The notes: generated from the sequence alone by a model not told the origin. A stretch of DNA of 63,136 nucleotides, filler included, from Octopus bimaculoides (GCF_001194135.2; 5 parts of 5 records of this genome joined end to end with filler, not necessarily neighbours in it), one strand, 5' to 3'. Numbered from the whole stretch's first letter, positions 26,749-39,750 are shown. A program made the numbers and translations.

Positions 26749-27429
26749 TCTGTCTGCCTTCCCACCGCTTGTCAAACAGTTGTGGTTTGTTTACGACTAT
26801 GTAACTTAGTGGTTCAGCACAAGCGACCGGTAGAATAAGTATCAGATTTAAAAGTAAGTGCTGGGGTGGATTTGTTCGACTAATACCTTACAGCTGGTAC
26901 CCCAGCATGGCCGTAGTCCAATGAATGAAACAAGTAAAAGATAAAAGATATCTCAAGCTGTTTGTTGTTCGATATATTGAAAGGCCTGACTGTGCATATA
27001 TTTATGTGAATCTATTGTAACTATTTGGCTGCGAGCGGGAAGACTTGAAGTGACCCAAGGCTCTTCGTGCATTGAGGAGGATTTTATATTGGATCATTGA
27101 TTAAATATGATGAAAACAGGAAGGGTTGACAGCTATGGAATCTCAATTAATTAAAATTGGAATTATGCATGCTGTGAAAGGAAAACAACAGTAACAAAAG
27201 TGTTAATATTAAATTAAGCTGATTTTGGCAAGCAAGGTGACATCTTCGGGCAAGTTTCAGTACTTTTCAACCTGCTAGGCGAAACATAACCTCTACTGTA
27301 TCTGTCAGGCAATTACGCGCACACACACACAGATACATACGCACACGCACGCATGCACACACACACACATGCACACATACGCACAAACACAACAAAGATA
27401 CAATGCTCCACTGTAGGTATGCAGTCAGC

Positions 27430-27640
27430 GAAGACAATATCACATTTTAAACTTGAGAAAAGTCTTGCATATTTTTACTGTTCCACTTACAGATTGTATT
27501 TGTAACGTGCGAGTTAGTTGATTGACTTCTTTTTCTGAAAATCCAAGCTTATCCAGACTATCGGTTAGGCATTTACTCCCAAAATCAAGTGCACTAATTA
27601 TTAATGGTATAGATGTAAATTTTTTTCCGAATATAGACAC
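27430..27640 (-). mobile_element. C-terminal fragment of an RLE-type (R4/Dong-like) LINE
   Basis: IPLIISALDFGSKCL...LQIQSVSGTVKICKTFLKFKM*, comparable to the PIIVGALG...LQKTAQLGTA ends of the other RLE copies here. Confidence 0.6.
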
Positions 27641-27845
27641 TGGAGGTTTCAAAGAGTTTATATTTGCGCATGCGTTTGAATGAAGAAGCAAGAGAAAAAG
27701 TACTCAAATCATGCATCGATGTTTATTCTTTATTCTTTATAAGGATTAAAGATAAACTGAGAGTAACAACGAAGCAAAATTTTATTTATTTTATTTTTCA
27801 TCACTTTTTATTTTATTTTATTTTATTTATTCTTGTTCACAGCTT

Positions 27846-28239
27846 TTGTTTTTTTGTTGTTGGCACTTCGTCGCTTACGACGACGAGGGTTCCAGTTGAT
27901 CCGATCAACGGAACAGCCTGCTCGTGAAATTAACGTGCAAGTGGCTGAGCACTCCACAGACACGTGTACCCTTAACGTAGTTCTCGGGGATATTCAGCGT
28001 GACACAGTGTGACAAGGCTGACTCTTTGAATTACAGGCACAACAGAAACAGGAAGTAAGAGTGAGAGAAAGTTGTGGTGAGAGAGTACAGCAGGGTTCTC
28101 CACCATCCCCTGCCGGAGCCTCGTGGAGCTTTAGGTGTTTTCGCGCAATAAACACTCACAACGCCCGGTCTGGGAATCGAAACCGCGATCCTACGACCGC
28201 GAGTCCGCTGCCCTAACCACTGGGCCATTGCACCTCCAC
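27846..28239 (-). mobile_element. SINE family C with tRNA-Arg-like head
   Basis: Head gtggaggtgcaatggcccagtggttagggcagcggactcgcggtc...gtttcgattcc plus a 300-bp body; full copy at 45137-45522(+), partial at 33541-33672(+). Resembles the OR-type octopus SINEs (inference). Confidence 0.88.
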
Positions 28240-28853
28240 TGTTCACAGCTTAGTCATCTGCAAAAGTTAAAAATCGTGCAGGAAAGTGTTTCTAGAAGAC
28301 TGGCGTTCTGGAATGTAAAGAATGGGTATAATGTCTAGTGTAGGACCTGGATGGTGTCACAGTGTGTATAACAAAAAGGAAAGAAAGGATGTGTTTGGTG
28401 AGTTTGAGTAGAGATGATGTTAAATGCTAGTTGGAAACAGTAAAGTCCGATGTAGTAGCAGTGGAATAGACGGAATGATGAGACAGGTAGTTGATGATGA
28501 TGACTCTCGAATTTCATTTCATTTTATGTAACAAATTGTTATATACAATTGATAACTTCACAAGCTCTGTGGGATGCTATATTCTTCAAATGGAGGATTT
28601 ATTGCTCAATTTACTCCATCAGATGGTTTATGTATCAGTCTCAGAAATGGCAAAACAGATATTGCAAAATTATGCTGGAAACATTTTCGAATGTTAAAGT
28701 TAGAAGCTATTTTATTGGAATATCATAATTTAGTCCTATATCTTTTGGGTGGTTATTATTGTATATTTTGATATATATTTAGTGCATATTTAAATTATTA
28801 CACACAGGCACACATACATACACACACACTCTCTCTCTCTTTCTTTCTGTCTG

Positions 28854-28905
<52 letters not shown>

Positions 28906-30401
28906 NNNNNNNNNNNNNNNNNNNNNNNNNNNNNNNNNNNNNNNNNNNNNNNNNNNNNNNNNNNNNNNNNNNNNNNNNNNNNNNNNNNNNNNNNNNNNNN
29001 NNNNNNNNNNNNNNNNNNNNNNNNNNNNNNNNNNNNNNNNNNNNNNNNNNNNNNNNNNNNNNNNNNNNNNNNNNNNNNNNNNNNNNNNNNNNNNNNNNNN
29101 NNNNNNNNNNNNNNNNNNNNNNNNNNNNNNNNNNNNNNNNNNNNNNNNNNNNNNNNNNNNNNNNNNNNNNNNNNNNNNNNNNNNNNNNNNNNNNNNNNNN
29201 NNNNNNNNNNNNNNNNNNNNNNNNNNNNNNNNNNNNNNNNNNNNNNNNNNNNNNNNNNNNNNNNNNNNNNNNNNNNNNNNNNNNNNNNNNNNNNNNNNNN
29301 NNNNNNNNNNNNNNNNNNNNNNNNNNNNNNNNNNNNNNNNNNNNNNNNNNNNNNNNNNNNNNNNNNNNNNNNNNNNNNNNNNNNNNNNNNNNNNNNNNNN
29401 NNNNNNNNNNNNNNNNNNNNNNNNNNNNNNNNNNNNNNNNNNNNNNNNNNNNNNNNNNNNNNNNNNNNNNNNNNNNNNNNNNNNNNNNNNNNNNNNNNNN
29501 NNNNNNNNNNNNNNNNNNNNNNNNNNNNNNNNNNNNNNNNNNNNNNNNNNNNNNNNNNNNNNNNNNNNNNNNNNNNNNNNNNNNNNNNNNNNNNNNNNNN
29601 NNNNNNNNNNNNNNNNNNTTCTTCTTCTTCTTCTTCTTCTTCCTAAGTCCCAAAGGAAATGAAAAAAATAAAAATAAATATAAATATAAACGTTTGTTAA
29701 CGTTTCATTTTATTTTTAATAATCATTTTAATTTCTTTCAACAGTTAATCAAATGTTGGCATTTAATACATTGGATAGCATTTAAAAAACTGACGAGAAG
29801 AAATTACACTGTAATGAAGAAGAAGAAGCAATATTAGTAAAATGAATGATATTCTTTTAATTACATTCGACGAATTTCTTAGATTGTTAATCCTTACTGC
29901 ATTTAACCACGATAGCATTTACTTAAACTTTGTTTTTCTTTCCGATTGCGTCATCGTTTTATTTAGTCTCTTGAAGTCTCTATTCTCTGCACCAACCAAT
30001 ATACACGCTTCCATATCTATGTATTTAATGATACTTTCATCACTACTTTGACATTTACGGCAAAGGTTATGCTCCGCTGATTACGTCAGTGGGATCGAAA
30101 TATGTCTGGAGTTGTCTCCCGTACTCGAAATAATAATGAAGGTCACATAATTCATTAATTAATGTTGTGTCTCTTTCTCCTCGCAATATAATCGATCTAA
30201 CTAGCTTTTTAATGGTGTCTGTTTATCTATCTATCTATCTATTTATCTCTTCCCCTCACTCACTCTTTCTCTCTCTTGCTATATATATATATATATATAT
30301 NNNNNNNNNNNNNNNNNNNNNNNNNNNNNNNNNNNNNNNNNNNNTTAATTAATTAANNNNNNNNNNNNNNNNNNNNNNNNNNNNNNNNNNNNNNNNNNNN
30401 G

Positions 30402-30463
<62 letters not shown>

Positions 30464-30598
30464 CAATGGGTTATTTATATATATATATGTGTCAATGGGT
30501 TATCCACAATCCTTTCCAATCTAACCGCGCACAGAGAGTGAATGTGTGCCCTTCTTTACTGTCATGGCTCACGAATGATCCTATTTTTCATCTTTCTA

Positions 30599-30992
30599 TT
30601 GGGTCATCCCATAAATAATGCGATGTTTTTAATTGGAGGAACTAAAAGACGGAGGGGGAAGGGGATCAACTTACTATAAAAGCAGGTAGTAATTTAACCT
30701 TGAACTATTTTTTGTGCAATTTTTGAAGAGTGCAGTTCGATTTTAATGGTTATTTTTTTCAAAGCTGTAATGGAAGTGATAAAGGAACATATTCGGCATA
30801 TTTTACTTTATGAATTCAATAAAGGCAACAACGCAACGGAAAGTGCAGTATATGGGAATCGGACAATGAGCGTAAGCCAATGTCAACGATGGTTCCAGAA
30901 ATTCCGAGCCGTAAACTACAGCCTAGAAGACGAATCTCGTCCTGGAAGATCTGTAGAGCTCAACAAGGATGTCCTGCAAACCCGCGTGGAAT
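30599..30992 (+). mobile_element. Mariner transposon 5' fragment (TIR plus HTH region)
   Basis: TA followed by ttgggtcatcccataaataatgcg; EHIRHILLYEFNKGNNATESA...CQRWFQKFR...SLEDESRPGR. Confidence 0.9.
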
Positions 30993-31698
30993 AATGTATA
31001 TTCTTTGTTTATATATAACATGTAGGTATACAATTAAATATTGTTACATACAAAATAAGACTCAAGTGAAGCAACCTGGTATGTAGATATATAATAGTAA
31101 TGTAATATTAGTGTTATCGATGTTATAGAAATAGGTAAACGTACACATATTTGCCTCACCGATTTTCTCGCGCCATAACTTACACAAAAATGGATATTGT
31201 TCAATGAACAATATATATAAGTTCCGGAAAAGTAGGTATTCTTCAACAAATACCATTCAGAGAGTATCGATCACGCTTATATCAGAATTTTGTACGCAAA
31301 TAAAAATTGGTAGGATTGGACACATACATAGAGACATTGATCACCTTTTTGTTTCGAAAAATTTGTAATCACAATAAATTCCAATATAATCCGCATCTAT
31401 ACCATGTCTACCCTATCTGAATCATATATGAAGAAAACTTCAATAAGAGTTGTTTCTGAAAGTTATGAGGAAAGAAATTCATTGGAGCAAATACGTGTAT
31501 ATATGTTTCATTTAACAGGCCAATTACTTTATATCGTTGCGTATGTGTTACGGGAAGTCCATTTTAAATTTAGTAGGATACACGCACGCACGCATCCTCA
31601 CACCCACACATATACACACACGCGCACACATACTCACACATACACGCACTCATACACACATACACACACGCACACACATACTCACACATACACACACT

Positions 31699-31729
<31 letters not shown>

Positions 31730-33059
31730 GAACACATGTGCATTTTAGTATATATTTGGCGAGAGACATTTCAGTAACAGATATAGAAAACATAACCCAA
31801 AATTTCTATCTGTCATTCTCTGCATATATATATATATNNNNNNNNNNNNNNNNNNNNNNNNNNNNNNNNNNNNNNNNNNNNNNNNNNNNNNNNNNNNNNN
31901 NNNNNNNNNNNNNNNNNNNNNNNNNNNNNNNNNNNNNNNNNNNNNNNNNNNNNNNNNNNNNNNNNNNNNNNNNNNNNNNNNNNNNNNNNNNNNNNNNNNN
32001 NNNNNNNNNNNNNNNNNNNNNNNNNNNNNNNNNNNNNNNNNNNNNNNNNNNNNNNNNNNNNNNNNNNNNNNNNNNNNNNNNNNNNNNNNNNNNNNNNNNN
32101 NNNNNNNNNNNNNNNNNNNNNNNNNNNNNNNNNNNNNNNNNNNNNNNNNNNNNNNNNNNNNNNNNNNNNNNNNNNNNNNNNNNNNNNNNNNNNNNNNNNN
32201 NNNNNNNNNNNNNNNNNNNNNNNNNNNNNNNNNNNNNNNNNNNNNNNNNNNNNNNNNNNNNNNNNNNNNNNNNNNNNNNNNNNNNNNNNNNNNNNNNNNN
32301 NNNNNNNNNNNNNNNNNNNNNNNNNNNNNNNNNNNNNNNNNNNNNNNNNNNNNNNNNNNNNNNNNNNNNNNNNNNNNNNNNNNNNNNNNNNNNNNNNNNN
32401 NNNNNNNNNNNNNNNNNNNNNNNNNNNNNNNNNNNNNNNNNNNNNNNNNNNNNNNNNNNNNNNNNNNNNNNNNNNNNNNNNNNNNNNNNNNNNNNNNNNN
32501 NNNNNNNNNNNNNNNNNNNNNNNNNNNNNNNNNNNNNNNNNNNNNNNNNNNNNNNNNNNNNNNNNNNNNNNNNNNNNNNNNNNNNNNNNNNNNNNNNNNN
32601 NNNNNNNNNNNNNNNNNNNNNNNNNNNNNNNNNNNNNNNNNNNNNNNNNNNNNNNNNNNTATATATATAATTTTATGATTATAATTAAGGGTACGAGATA
32701 GTACCAGTGTTGCTGGAAATATATCATAGGCGCAGGTGTGGCTGTGTGGTAAGAAGCTTGCTTCACAACTACATGGTCCAGGGTCAGTGCCACGCACTGG
32801 GAGAGTGTTTTCTACTATAGCCTCGGGTTGACCAAAGCCTTGTGAGTGGATTTGGTAGACGGAAACTGAAAGCTGCCCATCGTTTTTATAAGTATGTATA
32901 TGTTTGTGTGTCTGTGTTTCTCCTCCCACCATCGCTTGAAACCACCCACACCCAGATATGTCTCTGAACACAATAACCCTCGGCTTGAACGGGCTACGGT
33001 TCCCCAGAGCTGACTGTGTATCTCTTCCAGGTGGTGCTATTAAATTAGATATGGCCTGA

Positions 33060-35190
33060 GTCAACTTCGGCCGAAACTAATCTAATCTATGCTGTAACCT
33101 TTTAATCAAAGCATGACAACGTGGGTAGAGGCTGATATTTTAACATTTCTGATGTCGTTGTAGTGCTGCTCCTTCTGGTTTGGCGGAGGTCTGCGCTCTC
33201 CGAGTGCTCTTTCTGGTTTATATTATTATCTAATTGAACGCCACGCATCCATTTCCAAGTACGGTTATCTTCACCTTCTTGATGCAACTCTACTCTAAAC
33301 TGTTTTCTTCCTCCATCCTTCTCTAATTCCATTTTCTCCCCTCCTTCTTTCATCGTTTTCTATCTGTCTCTCTCCCCCTTTCTCTTTTCTCTCGTTGCTC
33401 ACACGTGACCATCGTCCTTCTTTCTTTTCCTGCACGGACGTTCAAAGGAGTAGATGATTCTTTCTCTCACTTCTATCTTTTCTGTTTTCAAAGAAAATAT
33501 TTCTCCCAGCGTTCCCTATTTTCCTCTCGAACTGGTGTAACGGGTCAGCCTTGTCACACTGTGTCACGCTGAATATCCCGAGAACTTGCACGTTAATTTC
33601 ACAAGCAGGCTGTTCCGTTGATTGGATCAACTGGAACCCTCGACGTCGTAAGCGACGGAGTGCCAACAACTGGTGTAACGACCCTCCATGTTTGTTTCGA
33701 TCGGTTTCCTTGTATGTCTCCACTGTCCTGTGTTTGTTCCCAACTTTGACCTTCCATAAATCCTTCACCGACCTCGGCTGCCGACCATCCCACTGGACGC
33801 AAGATCCTGGCCAGTTCCATGTCGTTGATCAATTTGCAAGCGTCTGTCAACGTGTTGTGCACCGGTTCAATTTTCGCAGGCGTCCCAGATATTTAAACAT
33901 CTTCCCTGCAGAAATCTCGGTCCTTCGATGCTTCAGACACCGCAAAGGTATCATCAGCAAACCGGCCGACAAGGGTGGAGCTGTAGTAGTATGGTATGGT
34001 GTACAAACCTTTATAAGGCTGAAGCTCTCCGTCAACTTCAAGACACCTCCTTCTATTGACAACCGCAATCCAACCCACGCCTAACTACCAACAGACTTTG
34101 TCTTCTAACATTCATGACCACATTTCATCCTCTCGTCTTTCTCCCACCGCCTCCAATCTCATTGTACGTATCACACGCACCCCCACTATTTACTTTCTTC
34201 CCCAAATTCACAAGCCCAACAACTCTCGCCGCACCATCGTCTCCGCCTGTGACTACCCCACCGAAATGATCTCCAAGTACCTTGATCGTGTCCTTGCTTC
34301 CCAAGTAGCTTTCCCTACTCGAACATTCATGACACTAATCATGCTCTTCGTTTGTTTAACTCTTTTTCTTTCCCTCCTGATCCCTCTTGGCTCCTGTTCT
34401 CGACATTAAGTCTTTTACACGGTGATCCCGCACCACGAAGGCCTTCTTGCGCTAAAACACTGCCTTGACCTTCGTCCAAACCCTCAGCCTGACATCTCCA
34501 CACTTCTACGCTTGGCCGAACTTGTCCTCTCCCTCAACTGATTCTCGTTCACAGAAGAATTTCACCAGCATTCTTGGGAATGACCATGGGAAGGAGAATG
34601 GGCCCCAAATATGCAAACCTAATCGTTGACCATGTTGAAGCCAAAATATTCTCACAGTTCACTGGTCCCACTCCTGAACTATACGGTCGTTATATCGATG
34701 ACTGCATCGGTGCTACCTCACTCTCCCACGGACATCGTAACTCTATCCTCTCTTTCGTCCAGTCCTTCCATCCTGCCCTCGAATGCACTGTCTCTAACTC
34801 CTCCGTCGAATTTCTCGAGATTTCTGTCAGCATACATCTCTCCCCTCTTACTACCTTCATCCACTATAAACACACAGACTCACACTCCTATCCTCAACTT
34901 CTCTTCCCTCCACTCTACCCACACCAAACCCTCCATCCCCTACTCTCAATTCCTATGTCTACGCCGGCTCTGCAGTGATGACTACGCACACTCACACATA
35001 TACACACGTACATACGCACACAAACACATACACACATACACACCAGTACAGGAAGCGCACACCATTCCACATAATGTACGCACTAAATAACGTAGGCTCC
35101 AAGCGTCAAAGACTTTACAATTCTTCCCGAGCGATAAACTAATACACCTGTTTCTTGTTCCTACACTTGTCTTCCTATCTTTTGTTTTCA
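33060..35190 (+). mobile_element. Penelope-like element, decayed RT (about 33870-34985) with T-rich flanks
   Basis: IISKPADKGGAVVVW, IYFLPQIHKP, DIKSFYTVIPH, GMTMG..MGPKYANL, YGRYIDDC, IPYSQFLCLRRLCSDD. Confidence 0.92.
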
Positions 35191-35703
35191 ATAAATTTGA
35201 ACTATAGGCGCATGAGTGACTGTGTGGTAAGTAGCTTGCTTACCAACCACATGGTTTCGGGTTCAGTCCAACTGCGTGGCACATTGGGCAAGTGTCTTCT
35301 ACTATAGCCTCGAGCCGACCAAAGCCTTGTGAGTGGATTTGGTAAACGGAAACTGAAAAGAAGCCCGTCGTATATATGTATACGTATATGTATGTGTGTG
35401 TTTGTGTGTCTGTGTTTGTCCCCCAAACAACGCTTGACAACCGATGGTGGTGTGTTTACGTACCCGTAACTTAGCATTTCGGCAAAAGAGACCGATAGAA
35501 TAAGTACTAGGCTTACAAAGAATAAATCCTGGGGTCGATTTGCTCGAATAAAGGCGGTGCTCCAGCATGGCCNNNNNNNNNNNNNNNNNNNNNNNNNNNN
35601 NNNNNNNNNNNNNNNNNNNNNNNNNNNNNNNNNNNNNNNNNNNNNNNNNNNNNNNNNNNNNNNNNNNNNNNNNNNNNNNNNNNNTATATATACATATATA
35701 TAT

Positions 35704-35756
<53 letters not shown>

Positions 35757-35879
35757 TATATATAAACATATATATATACATAAACATATATGCACGCACG
35801 GGCGTGTAGAGCATATGTATCTATTTAGACATGAACAGATATATATTTCAGGGTTACACGTCTTTTAACTCTTTGCCGG

Positions 35880-36720
35880 ATTGGAGAAATAGGCAGTGCA
35901 CAAATTATTCGCAAGTTCGTTGTTCTGATGAGATAGAAATCGTTATTGGTCTCCTTAAGCTATTGTAAATCAACACTTGCAGGAGAAACATGAAAAGGTA
36001 GAAAATTTTAGAGAACCTATGATGTGCGAAGGAAGAACTAGGTGTAGCAGGTTATTGCGAGTCTTAAAGGATTTGGACACAGCATGGAATAGAAGAGGAT
36101 GGGAGACATACAGACTGGGAGTGCTTGAGGGACGTTGGCACGATATCAGCCAGCTGCAAGGAACTGCGCCTATTATTGTAGAGGTAGTACAAAACAGAGT
36201 GATGTCATACTAGTCAGTCAAATGGAGGCGGATTAGGATGTCTCTGTGCACAACAGCACTACCGTCCAGATGGGAATATGTATAATTTGGTAGTGAAAGG
36301 TTAAATTAGCTATAAGTACATGCTTTGCGATGAGAAATCCTCGGTGTTGTACGACCTAAAATCCTCGGTGTTGTGAGACATCTATCAGATTGCTGCTCAT
36401 GTTTTAAAGGTGTGAAGTATGATGATTTCCTTTTGATATGAGCAGTTCCTGTACATATTTACTGTCGAAGGGGACAAGTTTCTCATCACTCCAACAGAGG
36501 GCACGCACACGGTTTCAGTTCATAGATCGTTGTATGTTTGTGTTGCGGTGTCAATGTTATCGGCGAAGGATGCGAAGCTGGGGAAAATTGCAGAGGAAGG
36601 TAGGATAGTATCACTTGCGTAAAAGTTAAACGGAAGGCCAAACAGCTCATAGGTGATAAGAAAGAAGGAGACAGAGGACAAATTGAATTTCAGAGTACAA
36701 CAGTATTGTATGAGTGTGAG
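35880..36720 (-). mobile_element. Old CR1-type LINE 3' fragment
   Basis: Reverse-complement similarity to 43600-44330 (e.g. ccaaatcc(t/c)ttaRgactcgcaataacctgctacac); decayed C-terminal LINE motifs. Confidence 0.65.
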
Positions 36721-37599
36721 AGAGGAAGAGCTCCGTCAACATGCAGCGAGATGATTCGATGCGATAGAATCTGGCTATCAGATCCCAACGTCTAAAATTT
36801 AAGAATGCTCAAATATATCGACTAAAAGTTTCGAAATGAGTCTCACATGCCAGAATCAGTCTAAAGCTTTGCTGATATCAAGGGTAACGATATTGCTTTC
36901 TCAAATGCATTGGCGAACGATGTAGGAGTTTAGACCTATCACCCTATCGGACATGGTTGTACAGAAGTGCCCACGACCGTTGTTTAGCAACTGACGTAAG
37001 TTGATATCATGTTTAGTGACTGAAACCGTTTGCCGCCGAAGAGATATTTTAAGCAGAATAAGTGGAATTGTTAAATTTAATGAGACACAGTGGTAATGCA
37101 TAAGGAACGTGGTCACAGAAGCATTGAAGCATGACGATATGAGTGGGAACTTTATTGCTGGGCAGAGCATACTATAAAGAAATGCATACATATACATACG
37201 CAGATACACGTATACACACACACGCAAGCACACACACACGCAAGCACACACACATACACGTACACACACACACACGCAAGCACACACACACACACACACA
37301 AGCACACACGTACACACACACACACACACACATATAGATGCACACGACTAGGCACACATCCACATATAAACATAGGGTGTTAAATATATGCACATATTCA
37401 ATCACATATATACTTATAAGCAGGTGTATGTATGCACACCCACATTCGCGCCCGCATATATATACTGTCACAGGTACAGTCACAGATACGCCCGCATACA
37501 TATACAGTCACAGATACACATACACACAGACACAGACGCATACACGTGCACAAACACACACATACCAAGATTTAAAATAAGAGTGCTTCGGCCTACTAG

Positions 37600-38073
37600 C
37601 CTACCTCGGACTACCTCATGAATATTTTACAAAAAAATTTCCCTTCTTCCCACAGATATAGTAAAATCTTCTCTTGTCATAAAATCAGAATTTCTTACTC
37701 TACCCTTCCTAATGTAGGTACAATCATAGCTAGGTTAAACAAAAAAAACATCAAGTCAGCTAGAATAAATGAAATTACAAATAGTGATCATATGAATACA
37801 CATAATAATCCAGCTAATACCAATAATGATGCTACTAATAATTATACAAATAGAAGTGAAAATAACAATGGCGAAAGAAATTATGAAGATAGTAACAATA
37901 TACTTAGTCCTACCAACCATAATTTCAACCAACAATTAGAATGTATCAGTAATGACGTTACGGTTTCAACTGAAGTTGATGATAGACCCAACTCCAACAG
38001 AAATAATAGTGATCAAGGACCTAGTTCATATAATATCAATATGCCTAATGTGGAAAGAATAAGCAAGATATGA
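37600..38073 (+). mobile_element. Penelope-like element fragment (RT-to-GIY-YIG linker) running into Asn-rich sequence
   Basis: NILQKNFPSSHRYSKIFSCHKIRISYSTLPNVGTIIARLNKK fits the PLE pattern KHFP..H...KIF.....K.SYS..PN...II..HNK. Confidence 0.7.
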
Positions 38074-38091
38074 ATCAAATAATGATGGTAA

Positions 38092-38183
38092 TCTATATAT
38101 ATAAAAATGAGAATGTGTGTCTGTATGTCTGTCTGTGTGTCTGTCTGTCTGTCTGTGTGTGTGAATCCCTAAAACTCGAGAAC
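38092..38183 (+). mobile_element. Probable Helitron/Helentron-type non-autonomous element 5' end
   Basis: A|TCTATATATATAAAAATGAGAATGTGTGTCTG, then a (GTCT)n tract and aatccctaaaactcgagaac; truncated by a gap. Confidence 0.5.
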
Positions 38184-38359
38184 NNNNNNNNNNNNNNNNN
38201 NNNNNNNNNNNNNNNNNNNNNNNNNNNNNNNNNNNNNNNNNNNNNNNNNNNNNNNNNNNNNNNNNNNNNNNNNNNNNNNNNNNTTGTTTCTATATAGAAC
38301 TTCACATACATACAAGCATTTACATATGTATGTTTATATAGATAGAAATATATATACAA

Positions 38360-38395
<36 letters not shown>

Positions 38396-38914
38396 ATGCA
38401 TGTACGTGTGTACATATATATAGATATATACACATATACTACATATGTGGAAAATCGGTGTGTGTTTGTTTGTGGCGTTGTTAGCTAACTCCTCCTACAT
38501 CGTTTTATTGATTTTGGTGAAACTTGACACGTGAGTGTAATTCATGTCTTGAAACCTTGTGACATACTTAGATTGTTGAAATAATCGATAATACGGCCCC
38601 TGGAAGCGACCTTTATATATATATATATATATAACTTATATAACAATTTTTTTAAATATCCGAGGGAAATAACTCATACCACCTATACAATATCTTTTTT
38701 AAACACTCAAGGGAAATAACCCATTTCCTTGTTTATGTTCGATTACTCTGAACAAACGATCAGCCGACTTAATTCTGCTTTTCACTACTCACAGTTTTGA
38801 ACTGCTAAACATTATTATTGTAGTTCCTTAATTTGATTCTCTTCATTCATACATTTCTATACACACATACTTTTTTGAATGCCTATTACTCTGATAATTC
38901 TGCCTTTTTTACAG

Positions 38915-39750
38915 TTGTTAACTTGTCTTGAAGATGGTGAATGAAACTTTCCGACACCTATCTGCACGTTGAAATGCTTTGTACCGGAAATTGATGGCAG
39001 AGTTGTGACTATTTCTGAAGGTACAATTTTAAAACCCAGAACATTAATCAATGAAGGAAGAAAAGTCATATATTCTTGCAAACGATCTTTCATTCCAGTT
39101 GCGTTTGGTGTCGTTCAGTGTTTGTCAGGTAAATGGTACCCAGACATAAAGTGCAGAAAAACGTGTACAATTGAGGCACGAAGTGGATTAAATTTTATTT
39201 TGTTGCGCAATTCTTCAGTTATCGAATACAGCTGTTCAGCAGGAGAAACATTGTTCTAAAAGGACCTGTTTAGAAAATAGAACCTGGAGTGGAACACTTC
39301 CAATATGTGTGAAGAACTATCAACTGTTACCCGAACTTGGCATATAGCTACCGATATTCACACAATTTACAATATCTTCCGTTTGGCAGCTCAATTTCAT
39401 AAAATACGAATATTACTTATTCATGTCACCTTAATTAATCGAGGAATTCTCCCGAAATTGTTACTTGTAATGATGGTGTTTTGAATCCCAAACCAATCTG
39501 TTCATATATTAATAGAAATCATGTTTGGCTGAATAAAAAGAACAATCTTCAATACCAAAAGTTTTCTTCGGTGTCGGTTTGTGCCGAAAACTATCGTTGC
39601 ATATATTTTGGTTACGTTGATGGAGGTTGTAGAGATATAACATGTAACAAATTTAATTGCGTTACTGTCCGTTTTAACAATGACTCATCAGAAATATATT
39701 TTAAGAATGTATTTGTGTGTTGTTGTGCTTTGAACTGTTTCATATGGTAA
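38915..39750 (+). pseudogene. Sushi/CCP-repeat protein remnant (one partial plus three modules) followed by a Cys-rich PAN/apple-like segment
   Basis: TCLEDGE*NFPTPIC; complete module KCFVPEIDG...YSCKRSF...QCLSGKWYPDIKC; TC...YSCSAG / SKRTCLENRTWSGTLPIC; VTCNDGVLNPKPIC; then SVCAENYRCIYFGYVDGGC. Preceded by a ttttttacag acceptor. In-frame TGA at 38942, TAG at 39345, frameshifts near 39255 and 39435. Confidence 0.85.

Noticed and set aside
33047-33080. Hammerhead candidate GGCC...GGCCGAAAC upstream of the Penelope RT
   Set aside because: Stem II and GAAAC are present but the CUGANGA core is missing.
38942-38944. Selenocysteine reading of the in-frame TGA
   Set aside because: The position aligns with the conserved sushi Trp, not a Cys, and other lesions are present.
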